Source: Candidatus Saccharimonadia bacterium
GTDB taxonomy: Bacteria; Patescibacteriota; SICC01
Assembly: GCA_025449535.1 (NCBI GenBank)
Contig: JANWJF010000001.1
Location: 68,279 to 132,278, forward strand
DNA length: 64,000 nucleotides
Reading direction: 5' to 3'
Position numbers and translations under genes: made by a program. Of the stretch, positions 18,564-27,183 are shown in pieces. How positions within the stretch are numbered: the stretch's first letter is position 1; the number at the start of each line of letters is the position of its first letter. The notes below the pieces were generated by a model that saw only the letters and a list, made by a program, of their open reading frames with translations, did no database searches and was not told the DNA's origin.

Positions 18564-18662
18564 GTCGCTCCCTCCTCCTCTGTTTTCGTGCCGCCCCTCA
18601 GCGGCTGCGTTGAATATTCCCTGCCGGCGTCGCCAGCCGGCAGATACCATCCTCGATGGTGC

Positions 18663-19574
18663 CTATCGGCTGTCCGCGTCGTTCCGCTCCGCGACACGGA
18701 GCTTGGCGCTCCGGGCCCGCGGATTCCCCAGGGTCTCCTCGCGCGTCGCGACGATGACCTTCTTGTTCACCGCCTTGAGGCGTCCCGAGTCCCTGACGAA
18801 GCGTTTGACGATCCGGTCTTCCAACGAATGGAAGGTGATGACGAGCAGTCTCCCACCGTTCGGTTCGCCGACCGATGGGTCGGACGTTGCCAGCGCCCCC
18901 TCTAGGGCCGGCAACCCCCGTTCGAGTTCACCGAGCTCGTCGTTGACCGCGATCCTGAGGGCCTGGAAGGTCTGGGTGACCGGGTGGATCTTCCCTCGCC
19001 GGGGCTTCGCCCTGGCGACCGTTTCCGCCAGTTCCAGCGTCGTGGACGGCGGGTCGGCCTTGAGCGCCTTGGCGATGCGCCGCGAGGCGCGTTCCTCGCC
19101 GTAGCGGTAGATCAGGTCGGCCAGGTCCGGCTCCGGGGTCCGGCGGATCAATGCCTCCGCCGGCGTGCCCTGCCCCGGGTCGAACCGGAGGTCGAGCGGC
19201 GCGTCCGTCTGGAACGAGAACCCGCGCGCGTCCAGCTGCCAGGACGAGTAGCCCAGGTCGAGCAGTACGACCGTCGGACGGATGTCCGGCGCCAGCGTCG
19301 GCAGGTCGGCATAGCTTCCCTGCTGCAGCGTGACCCGGTCCCGGAACGGGGCGAGTCGTTTGCCCGCCAGTTCGAGGCTCTGAGAATCGCGGTCAATCCC
19401 GACCAGTCGCGTCTCCGGGAAGCGCTCCAGGATCGCGGCGGCATGGCCACCGAGTCCCAGCGTCCCGTCGACGATGACCTGCCCGGAATCGAGCGTCGAA
19501 TCGTCGTGCGTAAGGTGCGCGAGCACCGCATCAAGCAATACCGGCTGATGCGATGGCTCGGATGCCGCAGGCAT
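18663..19574 (-). CDS. rsmH: 16S rRNA m4C1402 methyltransferase
   Basis: HQPVLL, DGTLGLGGH, DLGYSSWQL, FQALRIAVN, FHSLED, NPRARSAKLR. Confidence 0.97.
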   Translation of the reverse strand: MPAASEPSHQPVLLDAVLAHLTHDDSTLDSGQVIVDGTLGLGGHAAAILERFPETRLVGIDRDSQSLELAGKRLAPFRDRVTLQQGSYADLPTLAPDIRPTVVLLDLGYSSWQLDARGFSFQTDAPLDLRFDPGQGTPAEALIRRTPEPDLADLIYRYGEERASRRIAKALKADPPSTTLELAETVARAKPRRGKIHPVTQTFQALRIAVNDELGELERGLPALEGALATSDPSVGEPNGGRLLVITFHSLEDRIVKRFVRDSGRLKAVNKKVIVATREETLGNPRARSAKLRVAERNDADSR

Positions 19575-19786
19575 CCGGGAATCGATGTTCCCAAAACGGT
19601 GCATAAGTTTTGTTTTTATAGCGTACCGTTTCCCGGATGACTGTGCGTCCTTACGTGTGGTGTTAAGGTTTTCCCTTCGGGCGCCCCATGGGGGCGCCCG
19701 AAAGAAATGTTTGCTTTTTGTTTTGTCCTCGGCGGACCGAGGCATAAAAGCGTTTTGTTTTTTGCCCATCCCCCGACGAACGAGGG
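19572..19786 (-). ncRNA. Structured mraZ-rsmH intergenic leader (candidate cis-regulatory RNA)
   Basis: Five hairpins including a 12-bp stem (19676-19702) and a 10-bp stem enclosing the rsmH ATG; AAAACAAAA three times. Confidence 0.5.
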
Positions 19787-19802
19787 TTTAAAGCCTAAGT
19801 TA

Positions 19803-20354
19803 TTAAATGCCGAGCTTCTCCAGCTCCGGCCCGAGCGAATCGAGATCGCTCTCGCCGCGCTGCCGCTCCCAGCGGTCAGTCAGCCAGATCTCGACCCGGT
19901 CGTACAGTCCGACGACCACCGCCTCGATCGGCGCGGTCTGGGACTCGTCCGAGACGAGACCCGCGTGCTTCCGGAGTTCGTTCGACAGGAGGATCCTCCC
20001 CTGCCTATCCGGAGTCACGGGGGTCGCACCTCCCAACAACTCTCGCTGGACCTTGCGCGCCGCCGGGTTCGAGATCGACGGCAGCTTCGCCAGCTTCTCG
20101 GCCAGCGGCTTCCACGCCTCGATCGAATACAGGTACAGGCAGTGTTCGTTACCGCGAGTCACCACCGCGCCTTCCTTCTGGAGCTTCGCCCGGAACTTGG
20201 CCGGGAGCGCCAGGCGCCCCTTGGTGTCCATCTTGTGCGTGTACTCGCCTAGGAACAGCGTGTGCGTGGTCGACCAGACGCCACTATCGAGCCCTTGGAC
20301 GACGCCCGCTTGGACGTCTTTTTTCGTGCCTGATTGTGCGTGTATGTCAGTCAT
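19803..20354 (-). CDS. mraZ: Transcriptional regulator MraZ (N-terminally extended)
   Basis: FLGEYTHKMDTKGRLALP, DRQGRILL, VVVGLYDRVEIW. Confidence 0.97.
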   Translation of the reverse strand: MTDIHAQSGTKKDVQAGVVQGLDSGVWSTTHTLFLGEYTHKMDTKGRLALPAKFRAKLQKEGAVVTRGNEHCLYLYSIEAWKPLAEKLAKLPSISNPAARKVQRELLGGATPVTPDRQGRILLSNELRKHAGLVSDESQTAPIEAVVVGLYDRVEIWLTDRWERQRGESDLDSLGPELEKLGI

Positions 20355-20357
20355 AAG

Positions 20358-20366
20358 TTATCCACA
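20358..20366 (+). promoter_or_regulatory. DnaA box
   Basis: Perfect TTATCCACA 3 nt upstream of the mraZ ATG. Confidence 0.7.
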
Positions 20367-20374
20367 CTCGTCCA

Positions 20375-20400
20375 CCACTTTTCCCCACTTATCTCCACTT
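20375..20400 (-). promoter_or_regulatory. MraZ-binding direct repeats
   Basis: AAGTGG three times at exact 10-bp spacing; extra GTGG at 20416-20419 and 20427-20430. Confidence 0.85.
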
Positions 20401-20407
20401 CGCAGGC

Positions 20408-20436
20408 ATAATACCCCACCCGTGCACCACTGTCTA
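20408..20436 (-). promoter_or_regulatory. dcw (mraZ) promoter
   Basis: TAGACA-N17-TATTAT. Confidence 0.75.
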
Positions 20437-20473
20437 CCCCTGGCGCCCACCTGTCGTGGTACGCTACTTCGTC

Positions 20474-21154
20474 ATGCAGAACCCTTCCGAGACTCTCAGC
20501 GCCGCGGTCTTCGATTCAGACGGTACGGTCGTGGACACCCGTGAGCTGATCATCGAGGGCTATCTGCGCAGTCTGTATCAAGATGATCCTGAACATAGGT
20601 TCGACCGCACCGCCATCGAGATGGCGATCGGCCAGCCGGTCCCCGAGACCTACGCACGGTTATTGGGACTGCCCAAGGACGACCCGCGTGTCATCGAGCT
20701 GAGCCGGCAGCACGACACGGTCCAGGACGGCTTGGTGCATCTCGTCGAGGAGTACGTCGGCATGATCGAACTGCTAGAGAAGCTGAGGGCCAACCGGAAG
20801 AAAGTCGGGATGTTTACCAGCGGGACGATTCCTCACATCGAACGGAACTTCCGAGCCGTCGGGTATTCCGTGCATGACCTCTTCGACGCTACCGTCACGG
20901 TCGAGGACGGACCTACGGCAAAACCGGATGGCGAAGGTATCGTGATTTGTTGCCAGCAGCTCGACGTACCGGTCGACGAGACGGCGTTCGTCGGGGACAG
21001 TCGGTACGACATTCTCGCCAGCAAGGACGCCGGGGTCGGCATCACCGTGGGGGTTACCCACGGATTCGGCACCGAGCAAGAGCTATATGAAGCCGGAGCC
21101 GATTACGTCGTCGGCGATCCGGCGGCGCTGGAAGCGATCTTGCTCGATTCCTAG
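20474..21154 (+). CDS. HAD family hydrolase
   Basis: FDSDGT motif I, TS, KP, FVGDSRYD. Confidence 0.92.
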   Translation: MQNPSETLSAAVFDSDGTVVDTRELIIEGYLRSLYQDDPEHRFDRTAIEMAIGQPVPETYARLLGLPKDDPRVIELSRQHDTVQDGLVHLVEEYVGMIELLEKLRANRKKVGMFTSGTIPHIERNFRAVGYSVHDLFDATVTVEDGPTAKPDGEGIVICCQQLDVPVDETAFVGDSRYDILASKDAGVGITVGVTHGFGTEQELYEAGADYVVGDPAALEAILLDS

Positions 21155-22551
21155 GAAAGCTTGTCCGCCAGGTAGTCCTTCAGCTCGACGATCTTCACCC
21201 GTTCCTGCTTCTGGGAGTCGCGCTCGCGGACGGTGACCGCCTGGTCCTCGAGCGAATCGAAGTCGACCGTACAGCACAGCGGCGTACCGATCTCGTCCTG
21301 GCGTCGGTAGCGCTTGCCGATCGAGCCAGTGACATCGTAGTCGAGCATGAAGTCGGTGGCCAGGTCGTCGCGGACCTTCCCGGCCAGCTTGGTGAGTTCC
21401 GGCTTCTTCATCAGCGGCAGGATCGCCGCGCTGATCGGCGCGATCGACGGCTTCAGCTTGAGGACGGTCCGTACGTCGCCCTTCTCATCCGGCTCCTCGG
21501 TGTAGGCGTCGCAGAGCACGGCGAATACGATCCGGTCCGCGCCGCAGGACGGTTCGATCACGTGCGGCAGGAAGGACTTCCCCGACGCGTCATCGAAGTA
21601 TTGCAGATCCTTGCCGGACACCTCCTGGTGTTGCTTGAGGTCGAAATCGGTGCGGTTGGCGATGCCCTCCAGCTCGCTGAAGCCGAACGGAAACTCGTAG
21701 TCGATGTCGCTGGTGCCGGCCGAGTAGTGCGAAAGCTCATCCTTGGTGTGCGGTCGGAGCTTGAGCTTCTTCTTGTCGATACCGAGTACGTCTACGTACC
21801 AGCGCATCCGTTCCTTCTGCCACCACTCGTGCCACTGCTTCGACTCGTCGGGCTTACAGAAGAACTCGATCTCCATCTGCTCGAACTCGCGCAGGCGGAA
21901 GATGAACTTGCCCGGTGTGATCTCGTTGCGGAAGGCCTTGCCGATCTGGGCGATGCCGAACGGCAACTTCTTGCGGGTGGTCGCCTGGACCTCCTTGTAG
22001 TCGACGAAGATCCCCTGCGCCGTCTCGGGGCGGAGGTAGATGGCGGCGTCGTCATCGGCGATGGGGCCGGCGTGCGTCTTAAACATCAGGTTGAAGCTGC
22101 GGACGTCCGTCCAGTCCGCCTGCTTCCCTTCCGGCGTCTTGATCTCGTTCTCTTCGAAGATCTTCGTAAGGTCCTCGTTGCTGAGGCCCTCGACCTTCAT
22201 GCCGAGCTGCTCCTCGATCAGGTGGTCGGCACGGTACCGCTTCTTACTGATCCGGTCGTCGACCAGGGCGTCCGAGAAGTTGGCGGTGTGGCCCGAGGCC
22301 TCCCAGACCTTCGGGTGCATCAGGATGCTGGCGTCCAGCGCCACCATGTTGTCCATCTGCTGGACGTTGGCCTTCAGCCAGGCGTCCTTGATCCGCTGCT
22401 TGAGGAGTGCGCCGTAGTGACCGTAGTCGTAGGTCCCCTGCAGACCGCCGTAGATGTCCGAGCCGCCGAACAGGAACCCGCGCCGCTTGGCGAGGTTCGC
22501 GACCTTTTCCATGGTGACGGCCGGTGCCGATGTCTTTTTCTTGGCTGTCAT
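21151..22551 (-). CDS. glyQS: Glycine--tRNA ligase, alpha2 type
   Basis: LAKRRGF, YLRPETAQG, FRNEITP, FRLREFEQME, IEPS, GSIGKRYRRQDEIG. Confidence 0.98.
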   Translation of the reverse strand: MTAKKKTSAPAVTMEKVANLAKRRGFLFGGSDIYGGLQGTYDYGHYGALLKQRIKDAWLKANVQQMDNMVALDASILMHPKVWEASGHTANFSDALVDDRISKKRYRADHLIEEQLGMKVEGLSNEDLTKIFEENEIKTPEGKQADWTDVRSFNLMFKTHAGPIADDDAAIYLRPETAQGIFVDYKEVQATTRKKLPFGIAQIGKAFRNEITPGKFIFRLREFEQMEIEFFCKPDESKQWHEWWQKERMRWYVDVLGIDKKKLKLRPHTKDELSHYSAGTSDIDYEFPFGFSELEGIANRTDFDLKQHQEVSGKDLQYFDDASGKSFLPHVIEPSCGADRIVFAVLCDAYTEEPDEKGDVRTVLKLKPSIAPISAAILPLMKKPELTKLAGKVRDDLATDFMLDYDVTGSIGKRYRRQDEIGTPLCCTVDFDSLEDQAVTVRERDSQKQERVKIVELKDYLADKLS

Positions 22552-22563
22552 ACGATACCCAGT

Positions 22564-22725
22564 CTAGCGGACTTCGCTCGGAATACAGGAGATCGGCGGT
22601 TCCCAGTTCTCTGGCACGCCGGCGGGCGGGTTGCACGGATCCTCCTGGATGAAGTTCACGTAGATCAAGTAACCCGCGACCACGAAGATAAGTATCAGAA
22701 TCACGGTCTTTAGCATCCGAAACAT
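22564..22725 (-). CDS. Small membrane protein with two Cys (53 aa, not in ORF track)
   Basis: MFRMLKTVILILIFVVAGYLIYVNFIQEDPCNPPAGVPENWEPPISCIPSEVR; TAATG overlap with the recO stop. Confidence 0.6.
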   Translation of the reverse strand: MFRMLKTVILILIFVVAGYLIYVNFIQEDPCNPPAGVPENWEPPISCIPSEVR

Positions 22726-23477
22726 TAGCCCCGCCCTACGAGGTTAAGGAACCGCCGGCTTTTCGGCTCGCGTTCCAGGTGGTGATGGACCAGCCGCTCG
22801 AGCAGGTTGCTGGTCTCCTTCTTGATCGGGTCGCGGACCATGATGCCCGATGCCTCGGCGAACGCCCGCTCCGAGAAGGCGCGCAGCAGCTTGACCGCTT
22901 CCGGGCTGACCCGAATCGCTTCCGGGTCGGTCACCACGCACTCCTTGCAAAGCACCCCGCCAAGTCCCGGTGAGAACGCGAGGTCGCTCGGAAAGAGCTT
23001 GCGGCCGCACTCGATGCAGGCGTAGAGGTCCGGTCGCAGGCCGGCCAGCGTGATCGCCTGCCACTGGTAGTAGTCCGCTACCAAGCGTGGCTCGTAGCCG
23101 CCCTCGAGCGCTTGGAACGCCGCCCGGACCAGCGACAGCACCTGCCGCGAGACGTCCTCGTCGGCGTTCAGCTTGCCGACCAGTTCGGAGAGGTAGCTCG
23201 CCACGGCGACCCGATCGAGGTCGGTGCGGATGCCCTGGAAGTGGCTGATCGCCTTGGCGCCGGCAATCACCGGCAGATCGCCGCGACCCTTGGCCAGGAG
23301 CAGGTCGACGTACGTGAACGGCTCCAGGTGGCCGGCTAGCTTGGAGCGGATCTTGCGGACGCCGCGTGCCACCGCCCGGATTTTCCCGCGGTCGTCGGTG
23401 AAGACCTCCAGGATCCGGTCCGCCTCCCCGACGTCGATGGTGCGGAGCACCACGCCTTTTGTCTTGCTCAGGCTCAC
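22725..23477 (-). CDS. recO: DNA repair protein RecO
   Basis: GEADRI, GKIRAVARGVRK, LEPF, CxxC...CxxC zinc motif; GTG start 6 nt after TATACT. Confidence 0.95.
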   Translation of the reverse strand: MSLSKTKGVVLRTIDVGEADRILEVFTDDRGKIRAVARGVRKIRSKLAGHLEPFTYVDLLLAKGRGDLPVIAGAKAISHFQGIRTDLDRVAVASYLSELVGKLNADEDVSRQVLSLVRAAFQALEGGYEPRLVADYYQWQAITLAGLRPDLYACIECGRKLFPSDLAFSPGLGGVLCKECVVTDPEAIRVSPEAVKLLRAFSERAFAEASGIMVRDPIKKETSNLLERLVHHHLEREPKSRRFLNLVGRG

Positions 23478-23496
23478 CCGTTCAGTATACGTCAAC

Positions 23497-23597
23497 GACC
23501 GGCGGACCCTGCGGCAAGCGGACGTCCTGAGGTTTCGTCGGAATATCTCTTTCGGGCCATGATCAGCAACGTTCCGCTGTCGCGGGGTTCGCCGGTC
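23497..23597 (+). ncRNA. Long rod-like hairpin, candidate ncRNA
   Basis: GACCGGCG/CGCCGGTC closing stem, pairing continues along the whole length with G-U pairs on the + strand. Confidence 0.4.
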
Positions 23598-23628
23598 CGA
23601 ATGAATAGAGGGCGCCGGGCGCCCCGGA

Positions 23629-24432
23629 TTACGGCAACTGCCGCAGGTCGAGGTACTCCGGCAGGTCAGCGGCCAGGAGCGACGGCCCCTTGTCCTCCCC
23701 AGCCCGCTCGGACGCGTCCTTCAGCGCCGCCGCGCCGACCTTGGCGGCCTCCAGCGGCTCCAGCCCCCGGGCCAGCAGCGCCCCGACGATGCCGGTCAGG
23801 ACGTCCCCGGTGCCGGCCTTGGCCAGGAACGGCGAGCCGCCCTCTATCTCGACCAGCGTCTTGCCGTCGCTGACGTAGTCCGTCGGTCCCTTGGCGAGGA
23901 TCGTCGCGCCGTAGCCCTTGGCCAGCTCGCGGATCGTCTTCTTCACGTCGGCCTTAGGGTCGCCTTCCAGCAATCCATACTCCTCGCGGTTCGGCGTCAG
24001 GACGACGCGCCTGTCCACGAGCAGCTTCTCCGGCTTGCGTTCCTCTGCCAATAGCCGCAGCGCGTCCGCGTCGATCACCATCGGCCCGCTGAACTCCTTG
24101 AGGACGCCCTCCAGGAAACGGCGGGAACTTCCTTCCAAGGTCAGGCCTGAGCCGATCGCCACAGGGTAACCCCGGAACGGCGAGACGTCCTCGAGGTGCC
24201 CCTTCTCGAACTCGGTACCCTCGAGCCGGATCGTGACGGTGTCGGGCCGGGCCACCAGGATCGCGTCGGCAGCGCGGGCCGGGGCGGCCGCCACTACCAG
24301 GTCGACGCCTGTGCGCAGGGCGCCGGAGGTGACGTGTACCGCCGCGCCGGCGAACCGGGCGCTGCCGGCCAGGACCAGGAGCTTGCCCCAGTCCCCTTTC
24401 GCGAGATTCTCCGGCCGTTCGGTGAGCTTCAT
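23629..24432 (-). CDS. nnrD: ADP-dependent NAD(P)H-hydrate dehydratase
   Basis: KGDWG, AGS, IGSGL, VIDADAL, LTPN, KG, AGTGDVLTG. Confidence 0.93.
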   Translation of the reverse strand: MKLTERPENLAKGDWGKLLVLAGSARFAGAAVHVTSGALRTGVDLVVAAAPARAADAILVARPDTVTIRLEGTEFEKGHLEDVSPFRGYPVAIGSGLTLEGSSRRFLEGVLKEFSGPMVIDADALRLLAEERKPEKLLVDRRVVLTPNREEYGLLEGDPKADVKKTIRELAKGYGATILAKGPTDYVSDGKTLVEIEGGSPFLAKAGTGDVLTGIVGALLARGLEPLEAAKVGAAALKDASERAGEDKGPSLLAADLPEYLDLRQLP

Positions 24433-24511
24433 ATCTATCCACAGCCTACCAGACCGCCAGGCGGTTTCCGGCGTATGATGACGCCACGTGCACCCCAACA
24501 AGGAGGCCTCG

Positions 24512-24667
24512 ATGGGTACGGTAGTCGCGATCGCGACGCTTCCGTTCCGACTGGTCGGCATGTCATGGGAGCGAGGAGAAGCCAGGATCAAGGGGGTAAT
24601 CGACTGGCTGGAATACGAGACCTCGTACACGCGACGCCATCCGCATCTCGACCCGCGCCGCAGATGA
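24512..24667 (+). CDS. Small hypothetical protein (51 aa, not in ORF track)
   Basis: AGGAGG RBS at 24501, TATGAT upstream; MGTVVAIATLPFRLVGMSWERGEARIKGVIDWLEY... Confidence 0.55.
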   Translation: MGTVVAIATLPFRLVGMSWERGEARIKGVIDWLEYETSYTRRHPHLDPRRR

Positions 24668-24836
24668 CATCCGACGTCCGCACCGTTCCGGCCTTCGCTC
24701 GCTTCCCAGCACCCCCTTGAGCGAAGGCCGGCCCACCCCCAATACCCGCGATGCTGTCGCGGTGTCCTTTATGAAAGTGAGTTCCGGCGGGCGGGGGCGC
24801 GTGATGCGCGGTCCCGCCCGCCGGGCGTCAGTCGGA

Positions 24837-25451
24837 TCAGGCCTTGAACTCAGCCAGGAGAAAGTCGGTCGGATCTTTCTCGATGACCGTGCCCTCCGGA
24901 GGCTCTTCATCCCGCTGTTCGATGACCTTGTTGAGCTCTTTCAGGTCGATCTGCAGTTCGAACAGGTCGTTGAACTGATCGGGGAAATGCTTCGCGACCA
25001 AGGCCAGGAATCGCAGCATCTCCAACGGATCGTCGGTCCCCGTGGGCTTGATGACGCAGCCCTTGAGGACTTTCTTTGCACCATCGCCGCCCTCGAGCAA
25101 CCAGCTGCAGAGCTCCCGGTTGTCTCCGACTTCGAAGCCGGTGCGCTCGACCAGCATCGTGCGGAACGGCCGTTTCCCGCGATGCGAGACGACGCCGGAG
25201 ATCCCCTTCTGCCGGAACGGCTTGAGGATCTTTTCCACCAAGCCGCGGTCCTCGGAATTCTGGCTCTCCAGCTCCGTGATCTTGTCCCGCCTGCGGCGGA
25301 CCCGGCGCCCGATCGCGACGGCGGACCGAAGCTTCAGGCTCTGCCGGACCGTGAGTTTGACCTCCTCGGTTCCCGGCAGCGTGACCGCCGCCCAACCTCG
25401 AAGAAGCGGACGGCGCTCGTACTTGATACCGCTTGAAAAACGACGAGCCAT
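24837..25451 (-). CDS. Hypothetical protein
   Basis: High-GC3 ORF, purine-rich RBS GGAAGGGGG; basic N-part and acidic C-part. Confidence 0.6.
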   Translation of the reverse strand: MARRFSSGIKYERRPLLRGWAAVTLPGTEEVKLTVRQSLKLRSAVAIGRRVRRRRDKITELESQNSEDRGLVEKILKPFRQKGISGVVSHRGKRPFRTMLVERTGFEVGDNRELCSWLLEGGDGAKKVLKGCVIKPTGTDDPLEMLRFLALVAKHFPDQFNDLFELQIDLKELNKVIEQRDEEPPEGTVIEKDPTDFLLAEFKA

Positions 25452-25597
25452 GGCCCGCCCCCTTCCTGTCTCGGAATGAACTACTGACCCTCTCAGTCTA
25501 GCGCAACCAAGCCGATTTTCATCCAAGCGGCCGTACCGCCGAGCCGCCAGGGAGGTCAGACCGGCGTTTTTTCTGGTAAGCTAATTCCATTGCAGTC

Positions 25598-25816
25598 ATG
25601 CGATACGAACGACACATCAAGGACTTCGCTTGGGCCACCGCCATCACAGTGGTCATAGTCCCCGCCAACGCCCACGCCTACATCGACCCGGGCACCGGGA
25701 GCGTGATCATCCAGGCGGTCATCGGCGCCGTCGTGGCGGTGGGATTCTTCCTCAAGACGAACTGGCTCCGCGTGAAGACTTTCTTCAAGAAGCTCTTCGG
25801 CAAGAACAAGAAGTAA
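25598..25816 (+). CDS. Small exported/membrane protein with YIDPGTG motif
   Basis: Signal peptide ending AHA, then YIDPGTGS, TM helix, basic tail. Confidence 0.8.
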   Translation: MRYERHIKDFAWATAITVVIVPANAHAYIDPGTGSVIIQAVIGAVVAVGFFLKTNWLRVKTFFKKLFGKNKK

Positions 25817-25823
25817 GCCCGCG

Positions 25824-27182
25824 ATGATTGAGCGTCATCCCGCTTCGTTCCGCGACCGCTCGGGCTACATCTACCGGAAGAACGGCGTCCTCCTGCGTTC
25901 GGTCGAACAGCCGTACAAAGAGGAATACGACCGCCTGATGGCATCGGGTTTGTATGACGAGCTCGTCGGCGACGGTCTGCTGATCCCCCACCGGGAGGTC
26001 GCCGGCAAGGATAAGGTCCGCGGCTCGTACAAGACGATCCGTCCGGAAGAGGTCGGGTTCGTCTCGTACCCGTACGAATGGAGCTTTTCGCAGTACAAGG
26101 ACGCCGCCCTGGCCACACTGGAGATCCAGCGCCGGGCGCTCGAGCAAGGCATGACCCTGAAGGACGCCAGCGCCTACAACATCCAGTTCCACAACGGCGG
26201 GCCGCTCCTGATCGACACGCTCTCGTTCGAGCGATACGAGAAGGGCGCGCCGTGGGTCGCCTACCGACAGTTCTGTCAGCACTTCCTCGCCCCCCTGCTC
26301 CTGATGAGCGCGACGGACGTCCGGCTCGGACAGCTGATGCGGATCCACCTCGACGGCATCCCGCTGGACCTGGCGGTCGAGCTGCTGCCGAAGAAGACCA
26401 AGCTCCGCCCTGGCGTCTATCTGCACCTGGTGCTCCACGCCAAGGCGCAGCAGAAGCACGAGTCCCGCGCCAAGGCGGCCAAGCCGCGCAAGGTCAACCT
26501 GAAGGCCCTGATCTCCAGCCTGGAAAGCCTCGTCAAGAAGCTGGACTGGAAGCCGGCCGGCACCGAATGGGGCAACTACTACACGTTCACCAACTACACG
26601 GACAAGGCCTTCCGCGAGAAGGGCAAACTGGTCCGCAGCATGACCCGCAAGGTGAAGCCGCAGAGCGTCTGGGACATCGGCGGCAACAACGGCGAGTTCA
26701 GCCGGGTGGCCTCGGACATGGGTATCTTCACGGTGAGCGCGGACGTGGATCCGGCCGCCGTCGAGAAGAACTACCGCAACGTGAAGAAGCTCGACGAGAC
26801 CAACCTGGTCCCGATCGTCCTCGACCTGACCAATCCCAGCCCGGCGATCGGCTGGGCCAACCGGGAGCGCGACCGCTTCCGAAAGCGCGGTCCCGTGGAC
26901 CTGGTCTACTTCCTGGCGCTGATCCACCACATCGCGATCGGCAACAACGTGCCGCTGGCCTCGGTGGCCGACTACGTCTCCCGGATGACCAAGAACTTGA
27001 TCATCGAATGGGTCCCCAAGGGTGACTCGCAGGTGAACATCCTGCTCGCCACCCGCAAGGACATCTTCGACGACTACACGCAGGAAGGCTTCGAGAAGGC
27101 CTTCAAGACCCGGTTCTCGATCGTCCGCAAGACCAAGATCAAGGGCACCAAGCGGACGCTCTATCTGATGAAGAAGAAGTAG
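25824..27182 (+). CDS. NoeA-like SAM-dependent methyltransferase with kinase-like N-domain
   Basis: SFRDRSG, SYPYEW, LKDASAYNIQF, IDTLSF; C-terminal WDIGGNNG, LALIHH. Confidence 0.8.
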   Translation: MIERHPASFRDRSGYIYRKNGVLLRSVEQPYKEEYDRLMASGLYDELVGDGLLIPHREVAGKDKVRGSYKTIRPEEVGFVSYPYEWSFSQYKDAALATLEIQRRALEQGMTLKDASAYNIQFHNGGPLLIDTLSFERYEKGAPWVAYRQFCQHFLAPLLLMSATDVRLGQLMRIHLDGIPLDLAVELLPKKTKLRPGVYLHLVLHAKAQQKHESRAKAAKPRKVNLKALISSLESLVKKLDWKPAGTEWGNYYTFTNYTDKAFREKGKLVRSMTRKVKPQSVWDIGGNNGEFSRVASDMGIFTVSADVDPAAVEKNYRNVKKLDETNLVPIVLDLTNPSPAIGWANRERDRFRKRGPVDLVYFLALIHHIAIGNNVPLASVADYVSRMTKNLIIEWVPKGDSQVNILLATRKDIFDDYTQEGFEKAFKTRFSIVRKTKIKGTKRTLYLMKKK

Positions 27183-27183
27183 G

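Noticed and set aside
20358-20436. Possible replication origin at the DnaA box
   Set aside because: Only one box, no AT-rich unwinding element; the repeats fit MraZ sites
23520-23570. Hammerhead-like CTGA...GAAA on the minus strand
   Set aside because: CTGATCA does not fit CUGAnGA and the three stems cannot be built
24435-24443. DnaA-box-like CTATCCACA upstream of nnrD
   Set aside because: Single 8/9 match with no cluster; chance is likely
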